The notes beneath the pieces are model-generated. The model was not told the DNA's origin, searched no databases, and saw only the letters and a program-made list of their open reading frames with translations. The translations under genes were made by a program, and so were the position numbers. DNA of 64,000 bases from positions 88,660,001 to 88,724,000 of the forward strand of contig OZ320316.1 in NCBI GenBank assembly GCA_976226885.1, read 5' to 3'. The stretch's first letter is position 1; each line of letters opens with the position of its first letter. This DNA is from Iphione sp. A-MEVVRFRX5 (lineage: Eukaryota). Shown one piece after another: positions 1 to 14,600 of the stretch.

Positions 1-3000
1 TTATAAAGGAATATTCAGGGGAGAGGGAACGCGCTGATGCTGAGGACAATTATAGGTAATGAGCAGGTACTGAAGATCATCATTAAAACTAAAGGTCACC
101 AAAATCTCAGAAACGTCAGGTCAACACCAGTCTTTTCTTAGGATTTGTCTAGAGTGTTTCCTTGCCAAATCACACGGCTTCAAAGAGAACATGTGAAAGA
201 GAGTAATATTGTACCCCTATGTCACGCAAGTAAACTGCAACCGATTGGTTGGTAGGGGTATTACAAACCCAGGGCTTCTCTTTTCAGCAGGTGAACTAGT
301 TGAGTAGAATTATCGACCTGCGAGCTTACTTTGACAAGGCGTTACGATGTATAATGTATCAGCTGACCTACAAGCATGTATGTTTTGGAAATATCACACG
401 ATTACACATGCAAAAAATGTAAAGGGTCCACCGATTGGGGAAAATAACATAGGACAGCACCAGATATCAGGACACTCTACCTGTGAAAGAAGAATAAGTA
501 CATGTACACGACCAGAAGCTACGCCACTCTATTGGCAAACAGAAGCAGGATATAATGAGTGATAAAAACAAGAAAAACACGTTAAGATGACAATGTCTGT
601 AGAAAAAGGATATCGTATAGCGAGAAAGACTAGTTGATAATAACGTGAAATTTGTAACGGAAATAGAATGGTTAAATTCTTCTTGACAAACTTTCCCAAT
701 TAATAGAAACAGAACGAATACATGAAACGTACAATGTACTAAGAGAGCCATTTGAAGACCTCCATTTGAATTCGAAACAAAGCTGCCCCTTTGCAGGGGT
801 CCAGTTACATGTCTTTTTATCGGTAATACTGAAATGCAAACAAACAGTTTAACATTTGAAGCGTTATATATTGTAAATCTACCTCAAAATCATAACATTT
901 CTCTCTACTCTTATGTAGCATATATATTTTTATATATTTAGATATAAGGTGCATGTATATATACCAACACATATGGAAAAGGGAGAGCGATCAAACTGTA
1001 AGCATCAAATATGCCGAATATACCTTATTCCTGAATAAAGTACCTCCTACAAACAGTAGATTTCAAAGCAAATCAGGGATATAATATCAGAATAACATAT
1101 CGAATATAAGGTTAGAAACGAACTCCACTCGTAATCAATTCCTACATAATAGACATGCGTTATGCCGACTTCTATTATTGTTTGTCGTTTGTGGAAAAAT
1201 AAACAACGGGTTCAATAGCGACATTTCAGACGGCTGGTGTTCACGGCGACAGCGTAGCATAGCTACTGTCAACAGGCGAATCCATAACATAGTTACTGTC
1301 AACAATGCTTGTGCCTCTGACACCACCAGCCCCTGCTTCCATCAATGTTGGATTGGCATCCATAGCGCACAGAAATTTCCATAGATGTACTTTATCGACT
1401 TTGAATTGTCAAATCATTGTATTGTCAAATATTTCTCCAGGTTCAAGGTGGGATGCGGTTACAAAGGAGCATCGCAGCAACGCGAGACTGCACCTTTCTT
1501 TAGGAAAACATCTTCTAACGTTCCGGATGGCGCCGCTTTTCGGAAGATTTTTCCGTTGAATGCTTGGATTACCATCGGGGAATTATTTTATCAAATGTAC
1601 TTTTTTCAAAGCGTCCCTATGGCATCAATTGCATACAGAAAAACAAGGCCATATAAAGGGACTCTAGCTGAAAAAAACAGACCACTGCCAGGTGTATCTT
1701 AAGTTACCTCATTTATGTTCCGTTGATTTCGGTTTGAAAGTAGCATGATACAGATAAGAAAATCTCATAAAAGATGAGCCTCGAAAGCTTTTTAAAATAA
1801 TTTGATACAGATAATGTTTTAAACAGATATTTTTCATCAGGCATGGTGAAGGCAAGGTGATTGACTGATAGCCTGCCAGAGAACTAATATCGGCAGGTGG
1901 CAGTACAATAAGCAATATATGGATGTAGAGGCATTAAGCCACAAATAAGTAAAGAACTAGATCCGCTCTACACAGCTCTTTCTTCAATCTGGAATAATGC
2001 GAGGGCGTCCAGGCTGAAATGACGGTTTCACAAATTGTTCGGCATGATGCATTGCCTTACTGTATGCGCTTTTCAAATAGCTCCTGACGACCTACCTTTG
2101 TTCTTATTGGCTTCTCTCGTATCTAGAGAAATTATGCTAGTCAAAGTATTTGTCTAAAAGGAAATGTAATCGTATTCGACAGCTCTACATTCCGCTTTAT
2201 CGCGTGTAGCATTTTCCCTCTTCTTTCTCAAACACGCAGCATGTCTATACCTTTACAGGTAACCTAAGAATCGAAGGACTGACAGTTTAACATAAAAAGT
2301 ATAACTGCACTTGTTTGTTAGAAAGGAAAGTGCGTACACTTTCCTGCACAAGCAACGCACTTGTAGCAGGTGATGAAAGATACTTACCGTAATGAATATC
2401 GAATCACAGTCCTGGCTTAAATTGTTCAGTTTTGTTGATCTGGTTATTAAGGTCGTTATGAAAGGAAGAGATGAAATGCCATGGAGTTGATGAATGACAT
2501 GCTCTATATTATTGTGAATAAGATCCAACAATGGTTATTGCTAATTCCTAGAATGGTCGTGTCCCATTGTAGTGACCCAAAGGGCAATTACGCCTTTCAT
2601 GACATTTTATTTTCTGAGAAAATCATAGAGAAACGTAGATGCAGCTAAAGAGCTGAGTAATTGAAAAACAAAAACAGAGAAAAGTACAGTAATATAGAGA
2701 GAAAGAGTAATATTTCAAGAGTAAACTACTAATCGGGAAAAATATTACTTTTCAATAATATCAAGTTACCTGGAAATCTAAAACATACTTTCCTTTACTG
2801 CATACATTATGAAGATGCAAGTAGTGTTGTAACTGAGAGTCTGGAGACAACCATGCTTAGTGTGGGAGAGACATCAGTTGCAGTACCACAACCGACTTCG
2901 GTCAGTCGTGGCATGGCCTTGTATCCCCTAGTAAGTAGGGTTCCTAATGGCGCCACAAATGACTAGAATCGGTCATGGCACCTCAACCAGGTAGTACTTA

Positions 3001-5499
3001 CCGATTATATTGTATCCCCCTAAGGGCATAGGGTTGCTTGTGGCACCATGAGTAACTGCATTCACTTGATACATTGTATTCCTGGTAGTGCCATGTGATT
3101 GGACAGAAACTTTCTATTTGCCTTTAACTAGCTACATTGTCTCATTAATATTCTGTGCCCCATTTTCATTGGTTAAATATATGTTGGTCACATGACCCTT
3201 TTCTCTATTATAAATATAGGCCCTGCGTAGCCAATTAAGTCCGTCTACACTTGCAGATTGTATTCGACTTGTCTTAATTACAACCCATCAACGGATATTC
3301 AACACCAGCAGAACAGAGATTACGTTTATGTTTGCATCAGCTAACCGGTAGGAAACATCAATGTGATCTCTGAAAACAGAGATATGCCTTTAAAACCCAG
3401 AATACATGAAAAGCTGTACTTAATCAATGTTAAAATGAAGGAATTGTGTTGTACTTTGTAGTAGCTCACCATCGCTGGATGACAAAATTTAATACGAGTT
3501 ACGCTTTGAAGAAATTGTGCAGAACCTGTAATGGTCTCTTCAGTACAACTTGCATGGTATTTAATTCTGCTGACACAAAGAACCTCGAAACACAATACAC
3601 AATGTACATTGGTACATATACCAATGAAAAATACATGCAACACACCTTTCTGTACAGGTTAGCATCCTCTTTCATTTACTAGGTTGGTTAGAGTTAAGTA
3701 TTAGCCAATGACATGATATGATATCTCAAGGCAAACGTCATCCCATTCAAGAGGATGTCTTCAGGCATCATAAGGCCTGACGAATGTATAACAATTATTG
3801 GAAAGTTGTAGGTACAGTTACCAGGGCGGAAACACGGTTGTTATCGTTTGAAGATTTAGAAGGAAAACTAGGCAAAATGTCATTTGACTTCAGACACCCA
3901 TCAGTGACAAAGCCTGATGAAATCGTCATATGGTTCTCAGATCTATTTGCTCTAATACAGGTATAAATATACTATGCCTGTTTTGCCGCTCCAGGACCAA
4001 AGTATGTTTTGTACGTACGCAAAGATGATTAGAATAGATCATATTCATTACAAACCTTTTCATGGAAGCTAATGCACCATGCCTAATGGTTCCATTGTGT
4101 GTTTCTCTGGAGATCATATTCTTCTTAACCGATCACTTGAGATAGAAAACGGCCATTTTTACGCAGAGCGTATATATGTGATGTCAAAAGGAGAACGGCT
4201 TTTGGCGAACAATGTGCGATGGCCATCTGCCGTCAAAGAAAAAAACAACAACCCTAACTACAGCATTGCATGGCGGAATAATCTTATTCACTTTGCCCAT
4301 GGATACTTTGCCACGGTATCCATTTAATTGCTGATGTCCATGGTATCAGTAAAGGCGTTAAGAAAGATGTGAGAACCCTTTAAAATCTAAAATCTCAACC
4401 ATGAGTTACCGTGTCACACAACACTACAAGTAACTGATGAAAATCTGCTCAACAGAAAAATCTAATTACAAAAACGGCACAACTAGGCAAATAATTCATA
4501 AATTTTTCCACATATAGCAGATAATATATAATCAGATTGTCTCACAGATATGCTGGCATTTTCTTATAGATACAGTGATTTCCGCACAATTATTGGCTAA
4601 GTATTTTGTTTTGTAGGTAGTCAGTGACGTGCAATAGGTATTCGTTACCTTACATGTACTAAAACACCATCTGCCTACACAGCCCCCTATTTTCATAGGG
4701 AAATTACCACAAAGTTCTATTCCCTTGGCATACATGGTTGGATGATCAATCAGGTAATGTAATGTAATGTATAATCATGTAATGATTACTAGCACAAGCA
4801 AATCACATCTGGATACATTTGCAGCACGCCCTCGGTAATATAACATAATTCACAGACTCGTTATATATGACTTTCAGTTGACCTGCCACATTAGAAAATG
4901 AAAACGTGTATTCTAGAGACAAAAAAAATAATTTACTAGTGCTCATGTATGTGTGTGAGTAAATAACAGAAGATGGATATTTACCTTATTTATATACGTG
5001 ACGATTCAGAGTATTATCCAAGTTGTAACCATATCGAGCAAACCCAGAAAACTGCAACACGTAAAGGGCGCCACCATTTAAACATGAAGCTCAACTTTCA
5101 TGGCAGATGACAAAGATGTTGATATGGAAGTCAAGGCTTACTACCAAGAGCAACTTAAAACTTCTTTTTAAGACGTTTTTAAACTGGACTGTACATACAT
5201 GTTGCATTTGTGTCCAGTATCCTCAAGGGCACTCTTAACAAAGTGATAGCCTTATTGCAATGGAATGCAGTGAGAAGGGATAAGTATAATGCTAGTGGTT
5301 GGCATGACATATGAAGTTATAGTTCATTTTATCTTTCATGTTCGACATCAGCACCCTTAGGTACATTAAGTTTGTGAAATATTTTTTTCTGTTTGTGTAC
5401 TGCGTTTTCACATCAGTTGTCAACTCTTATATATTGATCATGGGAAAAAAGATTTATAATTCATGTCTATCATATATTATGTGTATTAAGTTTTTGCTA

Positions 5500-6660
5500 A
5501 ATGGTATTACATACATATTCTAATAGACCTTTTAAACATTTCTTGTTCGGGTCTTGGTAATTGTATTACCTTTTTTATTGATATTCTGGTATCATGGCTG
5601 GTTAAAGACTGTTCTTTTGCTACTTGCTATCCAAGCCACTGTAGCCTAATATTCTTTTGTGCAATGAAGTCCCTTTGAACCTCAGCAGTAGAAAATCTTT
5701 TGTATCCAAATACACAGTTCATTATTCGTTTTCTCGCCAAAATAAATTGTCCAAAATAAGAATGCTTGGATTAGTATTAACTGATGTAGTACAGTTGCCC
5801 ACTGATACATTTTATTTACTATTGATCTAGGTATATTCTTATTACCATAAAAGGACTTTACCTAGCATACAATTTCCGCATTGATTTACTTTGATTGGCT
5901 GCCATTGTTAATTCACCATCAAGTACCATTCTAAGTATGTCAGTTTCTGTACCACAGAGATTTCTATGTCACTTAACTTGATCAGATCTCTTAAACCTTC
6001 TTGTGGGAAACCATAGTAAAATTGCATGCTTTGAGTTTTCAATTGATTCATCAAGTTTTACAGTTTTTGGTCCATTTCAGTATATTTGACATGTCCTGGT
6101 TCAACCTTCTTAAAGCTATATCCAATGGTTTTCCAGTGGTTACTAATGGAATGTCATCAACATACACAAATATATCAGAATTCTGAACAGAATTATGCAA
6201 AGAATTAATGAAGGTTAAAAAGAAAAAAAGTCCCAAAATGGAACCTTGGGGAACACCACATTCCACCTCACTGATATCAGATAAAATCCCTTTACACCTT
6301 ACAATTTGCCCCCTCTTTGTTAAATAACTCGTTATCCAATTCATATTATCATTTGAAATGCTGATTTCTTTAATTTTACTTAATAAAATCTCACGATTAA
6401 CAGAATCAAAAGCTTTTTGTAGATCAATAAATGTCCCTATTACTATTTCCGCTTCATTTAGCTTGATGTATGCAATTTGTCAGATCAACTAATTGTCAGT
6501 CCGATGGATAGCGACCTCCTGAACCCATTTTGCTTTTTACTTAAGATATTATGTTTTTCTATGTGACTGTATGTTTTATCATAGACAATGCGGTTTTTGA
6601 ATCTTTGCTATAATGTTCAACAAACCAAGTTCTTTGTGGTAGCTCACCTGTACATAAGAA
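5500..6660 (-). mobile_element. Degraded non-LTR retrotransposon (CR1/L2-type LINE) reverse transcriptase fragment
   Basis: ORF 6051-6344 has WITSYLTKRGQIV, GVPQGSILG and YVDD. Upstream minus-strand reading gives GTFIDLQKAFDSVNREILL. Stops and frameshifts on both sides; boundaries approximate. Confidence 0.8.
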
Positions 6661-7048
6661 CCTGTTGTCACTGAAACTTTTAATAGCTGCTACCACCTCT
6701 CTTTCATTCGTCTTTGAGCACCTACATCACAAAGTACGTATTTAATTACCAAAATAGTATGCAAAAAACGTCACCCACTCTTTAAATAGCAGGCCACCCA
6801 GTAGAACCGTTACAGGTACCACACTACCGTACCACAGATGGTATCTAGTACCTAGTGATGCCAAGTACATCACGGTGGGAAAGTACATTTAACACAGCCC
6901 TAAGGTGTAGGAAATCTCACTGTAAGGCCAGTACAAGTGATTTCGGTGCACTCGACAACGGCTGCCAGCCGGTGTTTAAAAAAAATGTAAAATTCACATC
7001 CATATCATGACTCCTATAGCATTATTACACGACGGGTACACTTTTACG

Positions 7049-7578
7049 TCGCCCTAAAACCTGCCCGCCTGTCTACGGCTGTCAGCGCCGGCACCCGGCC
7101 GGACGGATGCCGGAAGCCCACTGCGCATGACGAAGCTGATGAGCGTGAAATAATAGGCCGCCAGATGAAGCGGCGCATACCGTAGAAAATGGCGGCGGAC
7201 AAACAGCAGCGGAAGAAACCGGCCCGTTACGTCCTTTGCTGCACTGAAGAAAGGGCGGTACGGGTCAGGATAATGTCTTCATTTACTCCGCTCGGACCAG
7301 GAAGCGAGCGAGCGGCGGGATCGGGTAGCCGTTTATTGAATGATAATTATTTGTTGGAGGGAAGGGATAGCACTTGCCTCTCTTCTCGCCAGGCTGCGGT
7401 GGCGTAGGGGAAAAAATGGACTAGGAAGCTGCCTTTGTTCTTCATAATGGGCACGTCTTCTTAGCGTGACTCCCGGCTTTGATCCATTGTAATGTAACGG
7501 CTTTGATCCAACAGACAAAGACGCGTCCAGAATGGCAGTACACCTGCTATTACCCTCCGCATCGTTATTTTAGGGCGA
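7049..7578. promoter_or_regulatory. CpG-rich promoter-like patch bounded by an 11-bp inverted repeat (possible MITE or housekeeping-type first exon)
   Basis: TCGCCCTAAAA (7049-7059) and its exact reverse complement TTTTAGGGCGA (7568-7578). Inside: CCGGAAG (7110-7116, ETS-like), TGCGCATG (7122-7129, NRF1-like) and AAAATGGCGGC (7186-7196, YY1-like, containing ATG 7189). Confidence 0.3.
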
Positions 7579-10500
7579 AGAAAATATTCCCGGACATAAT
7601 GTATCCCATCCTTTCAAACGGAGGCTAGACCAAGAACCCACACCAAGAGACCATGGAAACCGTTCCCTGATGTCATCCATTAATCCTTAATGTAAGTATA
7701 TAGAACGGGAACAATTCATAAAACAGGTAATCCGCCTCGATGGTAATTACTTAATAAACGGCCAAAGGGTCTCTCGTAGCGGTTGAGCCATTTTGGTTTA
7801 TGTGTCACTATGGGCTTTTTTTCTTTTTACTATACTATACACCGATTAATTGACATATATTGCGCCAGCGGCCGAGTGCTTTGCCATGTCGAGCTAGGCC
7901 TTTATGGTCATGGCCTTGTGTGTAAACGCTAAAAGCCCAGGATCCATGGTCGTACTTACCTTAAAGATGCCAGATTAAGCTATGTATCAGAACATAGGCA
8001 AACAAGCCTCTGAACGCATAAAACCTAGATATACCGCGTCTTTCGTTACTTTATTTTTGCTGATGTGAACTGCGTCGCTTTCAAATTATGATTATATTCT
8101 CTCCAAGATGACATACCTCCTTAGACATATTCTCATAGACTATAGATGGAAATACACATTGCCGTGTATCATATAGGCCGTGAATTCATGTACCTGAGTG
8201 CGCTCGGAGGAGTCAGTGAATACAATTTTGTTATAACGTTTATTTACACTGGAGTGACGGTGGGCTACAATCCCTGCATATCCAGTTATGGTTCATGCTA
8301 CAAGGATTATGGGTAACAACATTTCACTGCACACACGGGTAAACAAAAACAAATTTGTTAGCTGATGTCAATTCGGTCAGTATGTGTGTTAGAATGGCGA
8401 GAGTGTGAGGCATAGGACATTTGAGACCAATGAATTGTTTTGGAGAGGATCAATTGGTTATGGTAATTGGATGAAGCATGGAAATGGCAATGGTAGTGAT
8501 ACATTAATGAAATGAAAAGTCGATCAGAAAAAGGGTAGTTGATAAGTATATATAGTGATGGTAAGGTGGAAAGGTGAGACGGGGGTTGATAGTATTGCAC
8601 TTTTGCCCAGATAATTTGGTAAGTTGAAAGAGATATACTTTTCGTAAAGGATTTTTGTAATTTGGTAAATTTCATAGTAAACCTAACATAGATTTTCATA
8701 ATATTCAATATTTCAAAGTCTGTTTGCCTCGTGTCATTCGGATTGGACAATTGAATAAATGCAATGCCCTGTATACCTTTTCTACTCCCTTCATTTGACA
8801 TGTTTCAGTAACCTAATCAAAATTAAAGTTAAATGAGAACTCTCACTTAGTTGAAGGCGGCGAATTTTCTTATGGCGACGACGTATATTTGCTTTACTTT
8901 GCAATCAACTGTGTTTTATCATAGTAAGAGAAAGTGTTAAAAATATTGCCTCTTTCCTCAAACTGAACACAGTCATGCTCAAAATAGCGTTCATTGCAAA
9001 GAAAAAAAACAATGGACAGTGGTCTATCTCATTTATGATCATAGAATTCTTTTATGCTTCACCTCAAACATCGAACGACCTTCCACACAGATAAACCGAA
9101 TTATATATATGTAAATATACACGTGCATATATAGGAAATAAAGAACACATGGGCAAGCGTCAGCAAAACTTAAGAATTTTTTGACACACCAAAAACCTTG
9201 TCAACCCAAACACACCTCTGACCCCATAGATTTGCATTAGCCACAGATAGATAAAATGCGTTTTTTAAAATTCAAAATCTGTCTGCATGAGCGTTTTCTG
9301 TGGTCGAAACGAAAAACCTTCTAAGGCTATTCAAACGTGTGCAGCATCTACAGTGATTGTTACTGTGTTGATTGATCTCTGATCTCTGATCTTATTTCTC
9401 TTCAATGGTGCTGCAGAGTATTGGTCGATCTTTCTTTTTTTTCACACTATTACCAGAAACCTAACGTTGAAATCTCAGTCCCGTAACGTAACCTTTGAAT
9501 GAAAGTCAGGCTAAGTTGCTTCCTTTATGAGATTCATTGGTTTTTTAGGTTTGTTATTGTTAGTTGTGACAGAATGTTTAATGTACAGCATGATAAAAAG
9601 TCCAAATTGATTATAAATTTCAAGGTGCCCTCCGATCCTTTTGTCAGCTGATCATCCATATTGCCCAATATACTATTATGTATTACTTAGACTTTGACTA
9701 CCATTGAGTGGTAATTTATATTTTGGCGGTATGAATGCGAATTTCGAGCTCACTCATAAGTTCGGTTGAGGGTTCAAATGTGGGTTGAGGGTTCAAATGT
9801 GATCAGCAAGCACAAGCTTGAATAAGCATGTCTCAGTGGCTCAAGTTCAAAGGGTCAGTGCCCGTTAGTGTTCATCTGCACCAATATAAGCACGTACAGA
9901 AAATATTAGGAAGGAAGATATTGTAATAATATGCCTGGGCTTAATAAAGAACTAGCACTTCCAAGTCCCAGTTCAAGTCTGCTTTATTCTTACCTGGTTG
10001 TTCTATATATAGAATATCATGGTCATATGACCAGCTGAAGGTGTAACCAATCAGAAACATGTATAGAATATTTATGTTACAGAGTTACTACAATGAGGTT
10101 ATAATGGAATGCTAACAACCAATCAGGGTGAATTCACATGAGCCAAAGTATCCCTCACACATCAGGTGATATTAAGCGGCACTCCTAAATTCACAAACGC
10201 CTCCTTTTATGTTAATGCATCCCCTAATAATGCTGAAATCCCAACATGCCCATTTTCAGTGGTCCCACCAATCTGCACTGACCCGGTGCTGCTGAAATAA
10301 CCCTCCATCACCATGCCACCACCAAGCGGCACCACCTCCTCTTACTCCTTCAATAATATGAATATCGCGTCTATTTATGAAATCATCGAAGTCTTATAGA
10401 ACCAGTCATGCCATAGTGATACACTACGTTTAATTCAAACTAATAAATGCCACAGAAGATGTTCCCTTCTTGATGCCTATGGGGATAATTATCCCATTAC

Positions 10501-11899
10501 ATATTAACATGAATTATGCAAGACAATACACTGTTTTTTCTAAAGTAAATAGTGAATTTTTCCAGACTTAAGGGGCCCTTTCCACGCATACAAACCTGTC
10601 ATTTCTTGATGTGGGGCTTGTTGCCTGTGGAGAATTCCAAACCACTGTAATCAGCAGGTCCCTTTCCTGTGAACAATGCGGCCCCAAATCTGTATGCGAA
10701 CTTCAGACCAGTCATGCTCCAGTCAGCCTGCAAGCAGGTGTGGATCGTGATATGGATATTGCAAAGTCAGAGAATAGAATAGAGCAGAACTTGTGGAACG
10801 CATATGCATGGAAATTGTGCAGTTTTCCATGGAAAGGGAGGCATACTGGTGGAAATTGTGTGTTTTGTGGAAAATAAGGCATATCAGTGGAAACAGAATG
10901 TGTGGTTTTTCATGGAAAGTGAAGCATATAACTTGAAATTTGTGTTTTTTTGCAAATGATATGCAAATTAGATAGACAAAATTTAACATGAATATTTTAA
11001 CATCTGTCTTTTTGCATCACGAAACATAACTATATATATGGTACATAACAGTGCAGGTATATACATGGATACCCCGTCCTGCCAGCTTTTCCTTTGTGTG
11101 TGAAAGTCTGGCTCTGCATGCAGATTTTAATTTACATGCATTTAAAGCGGCTTTGCTTTATATATGTTACCTCCAATTCTCGTAATTGTTGATTACTTAA
11201 CATAACGTTCCCTTATCGTTCCCGTATTAAGTGTGGTTAGTTGTTTCGAACACAATGTCATACTGCCACAGCCAAAGCACAAGGGATGGCTACATGGATA
11301 TCTTATTAGTGTAACATAATTGACTACGTATTGTTATTCGCTATTGGGAGAACAATACAGTCCAATAAATACAAGTGTTCTTAGGTATGGTTGTATCTTA
11401 ACAAAACGTGATATTTTCCTTCTTGTAGCCGGCAGACTCGGTGAGAACCGTTTACTGAACGACAAAGTGAAGAGATCGCAATTTCCCCCATGGCACTGTC
11501 TTTTCCGCCGAACTTTTAGGCGACTAAAATTTAGGTCGATATTTCATCTTCGTCTAAGGGCGTTCACATCACAACTTGGGCGTGGCCCGGTGCCGTTTCC
11601 GGCAGTCCGCCGATTACCTAGAAGTAGCTACGTAGTGCACAGCCTTATCAGCCTCCTGCTCATTATGGAGATGACTGCGACCCCTCTGTTGGGATCTTAC
11701 AGTAGGGCGGACTTGGACCATTGATCACAGTGGCGCATCAAAGGCACAGGGTGGCGGCGGGACAGCCGAGCGAGTCGTTCCCGTGATAGCCTTACACACA
11801 CCACACCTAAATCTAATCATTAGACTTCTGACGAGAAAAGGGACTTATTCTTCATTGTGGGTCAAAGTAACCGCGTGGGCAATGAAATCAGGATCCATA

Positions 11900-14600
11900 G
11901 CTTGTAGCCCCCGTGGCCAATTGGTTGTCCTTTTATTGAAATCACTGTATCCATTCAGCGTTGCTAGCCAGTAATTGCTGCAGTAAGCTTTTGAACTTAA
12001 TATCCCACGAGGCAGTGAGGAAGGACTTTGATAGATGTGCCAATAATAAATTCGCACCCGTCAGAATAGACAGGGAGACGTCAAAATGTCACAGCATTGA
12101 CGAGGACTTAAAGAGTGTGACTAATTTTGGTGGTAGCAGCTCTTTCCAGCTTTTCGATGGATAAGAAGATTTCCCTGATTCGCTCCGGTGGCTTCTGGCC
12201 TCTTGCCATCGTTTTCAATTCGCCACCTGCTGAATGATGCCAAACGACATCAGTGTTCACTATGCAGCTGAATTCGTTTCCGGGAAAAATAACAAAAATA
12301 GGTCGGACAGAAAAAGACGGATAAAACCTCTGGAATAAGAAGCATGAAACCTTCATTCGCAGGACGCAAAAGTATTCTGGCTCCAACACAAGGACGTCCC
12401 TGCGATTTCAAAGAGTGAGTAAACCTGGACTTAGGCCAATGCATGTTCCATAGTTAGAGGGTCTTGGTTTTATTTCGGTTCTTTCAAATCAAGATCATGA
12501 GCCACTCGTAAGCGTGCTTTGGCCGCTGCTTGAATAAATGCGTATGGAATATCAATATGAGTTGGTAATATGGAAGTCTATCAAACGTGAAAGTTTTGTC
12601 TCACCAAAGCCTTAATATTCGTGGCTTACTACTACAGCAGTCTTGGCCCTTCTCCAATCGTTTCTTCTTGTTCAAGGAAGCAAAAATCAGACAGACCTTG
12701 GATGCTTACCAGACCGGAAGCTCGTGTGCACGTATCCAAGGTCAGTGCCGATCTGTAATCTACCGGTGTTAAAGATTCTTCCTGGAGACAATAAGCATTC
12801 AGGCAGGTAACGATAGCAGCACCTGGCTGAGTGGCTTCTTTGACAATGGATAGAATTTCAGTGAACAAAATGGAGACGCATTAGTGGCACTTCTCCAAAA
12901 GAACGGAACTTAATTTTGAACTGACTCCTGGAACCCTTTTAACGCCAAGAAAAGGGAAGTTCACAGACGACACTCACCAAAAACATGGAAAAAAACAAAC
13001 AGATCAAATACTCCTGTTGCCTTTCATTTATTTGCCCGCAGCCACAACGAGAAAGTCAGCTTTAGCATATGAGCTGTGAACTTATTTTCGAGAGTAACGT
13101 CTGCGTATTCTGCAAGTAGCTGATGATAAAAGAGGGCCGTTAATGAACGAAAGTAGTTTGGATGAATGCGCTGGTGCGCGAAGCATTGTCCTTGTTACAT
13201 CCACCACCTACAACTGGGCAGCATAACATGACATGCTCGCCATAACTGGCGACAACTTCAAAGTGAGCCGCATCTCATTGATTTCTCACCCCATGCCGTG
13301 TCCTCCTTCCGTTCTCCTTATACCTCACCCTGGAGTTATTGGGCCTGGAAGGCAGGCAGGGCAAAGAGTGCAGTATAAAAATGAGGTGAACAGGCTAGGC
13401 CAGAGCAGCTGGAGACTAGCACCTGTTGGGTATTAGATGAGTGTTGCTGTCGAAAGTAGGTTGGTAATGTGTCCGCCCGAACGTGGCGTTCGTCGCATCC
13501 AAGGTCTATGCCATCCCCTGTTTGTCTTGGCAGTGGCTCTCGTGCTTAGGGAGAGACAGCGCGCGCCGACTGCCTGCATGACATATTCATTCTACTGTCA
13601 AGCGTGATGAAATAGAATGACGGATTAGCCCCTACTCGATCGATGTGATCAATGGCTGCACATGCGGAGTATTGTTTTAGGTCACACTCTCAACGGCGAC
13701 TGTCGACGGCTCGTCTAAGTCAACTGAATTATGAATAACCGGCGATGGTTTAAGTAGACGCAGGCGCGAAAATGATCGTGTAATGAAATTTCTCACTCTC
13801 CGCGAACAAACGAAGTTCGGTATTACGTGAGAATTTGATTTATTATTTGAATAATCATGCCCTTTTTCGAAGAGATGAACACTTAACAATCGCCTGCATT
13901 ATTGATATTCATCCTAGCCGACGTTACATCTTTGAGGTTGACTGCCCACCTGAGGGACTGCACGCGTTAATGAGGCCTCGCTTGTAATTGAAACACGTGC
14001 TGGTTCCCCGTGGAGACAACGGTCAATTTACGCATGGAAGTGGCATAGCAAACAATATTTCATCGATCAAAAGGCTGTTTCGTAATAGGCTCGGCTGATT
14101 AAAATGATGGCAGACGTAAAACGGAGGAGAGGAGGGCCACTAACTCTTCTGATGCAGGGGCCTGGTCGGTGAGGTTAGTGGCAGCGTGCCACGAAGTGGC
14201 TGACACCGGGACGGTGATCGCTCATGACAACAGGTCTGCTCCTGCACTGACCACAATGGCTGGCCCGCCTTTGTACCCATCACACAGGCCGCATGTGTCA
14301 GGTAGAAGGATCGGTAGGGTGACAGCCCCAGAGATTGCCGCCTCCCTGCCTGATCCCCTTATTCTAGAGAAGGGTCACGCTAAGCGGGTCTGGGCCTTCA
14401 GCGGGTTGAGACCCCCTGATCCACACAATCATACACCTCTTGAAGAGCGGCCAACTGCGATTGGACGGGTTATGACAGGCGCCGGCGTTGGACAGGGTAA
14501 TCCCCTTCAGCTCAACCCGATAACTGGCTGCTTCGCAGGCTACAATCTGTTTCTCCTAAAATGCAGCGGAACCATGCGGTTGCTTGAGAGCAGTCACCTA
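11900..14600 (-). mobile_element. Highly decayed DIRS-like YR retrotransposon relic
   Basis: Minus-strand fragments in DIRS order: LFEKGHDY (cf. RT region before DLKSGY, about 13850), QGMA*TLD (degraded YxDD position, about 13500), then YR-like EPK*NQDPLTMEH and ASYSRGFIRLF (about 12300-12480). Many stops; resemblance judged by eye; boundaries approximate. Confidence 0.4.

Noticed and set aside
2828-3282. Solo LTR (TGTAAC...TTACA with CCAAT and TATA-like boxes and an internal ~90-bp duplication)
   Set aside because: No target-site duplication and no second copy in the window.
7135-7151. Hammerhead ribozyme core CTGATGA...GAAA
   Set aside because: No stem II can form between the two motifs; other CTGATGA sites (e.g. 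about 19825, 40480, 60430) lack a correctly placed GAAA.
8500-8620. Chromodomain-like VYIVMVRWKG on the plus strand
   Set aside because: Single short motif amid stops, with no aromatic cage or TWEP motif.
9922-10161. Solo LTR on the minus strand (TTTATT, TATATA, two CCAATCAG)
   Set aside because: Ends ambiguous; no TSD, PPT or partner LTR.
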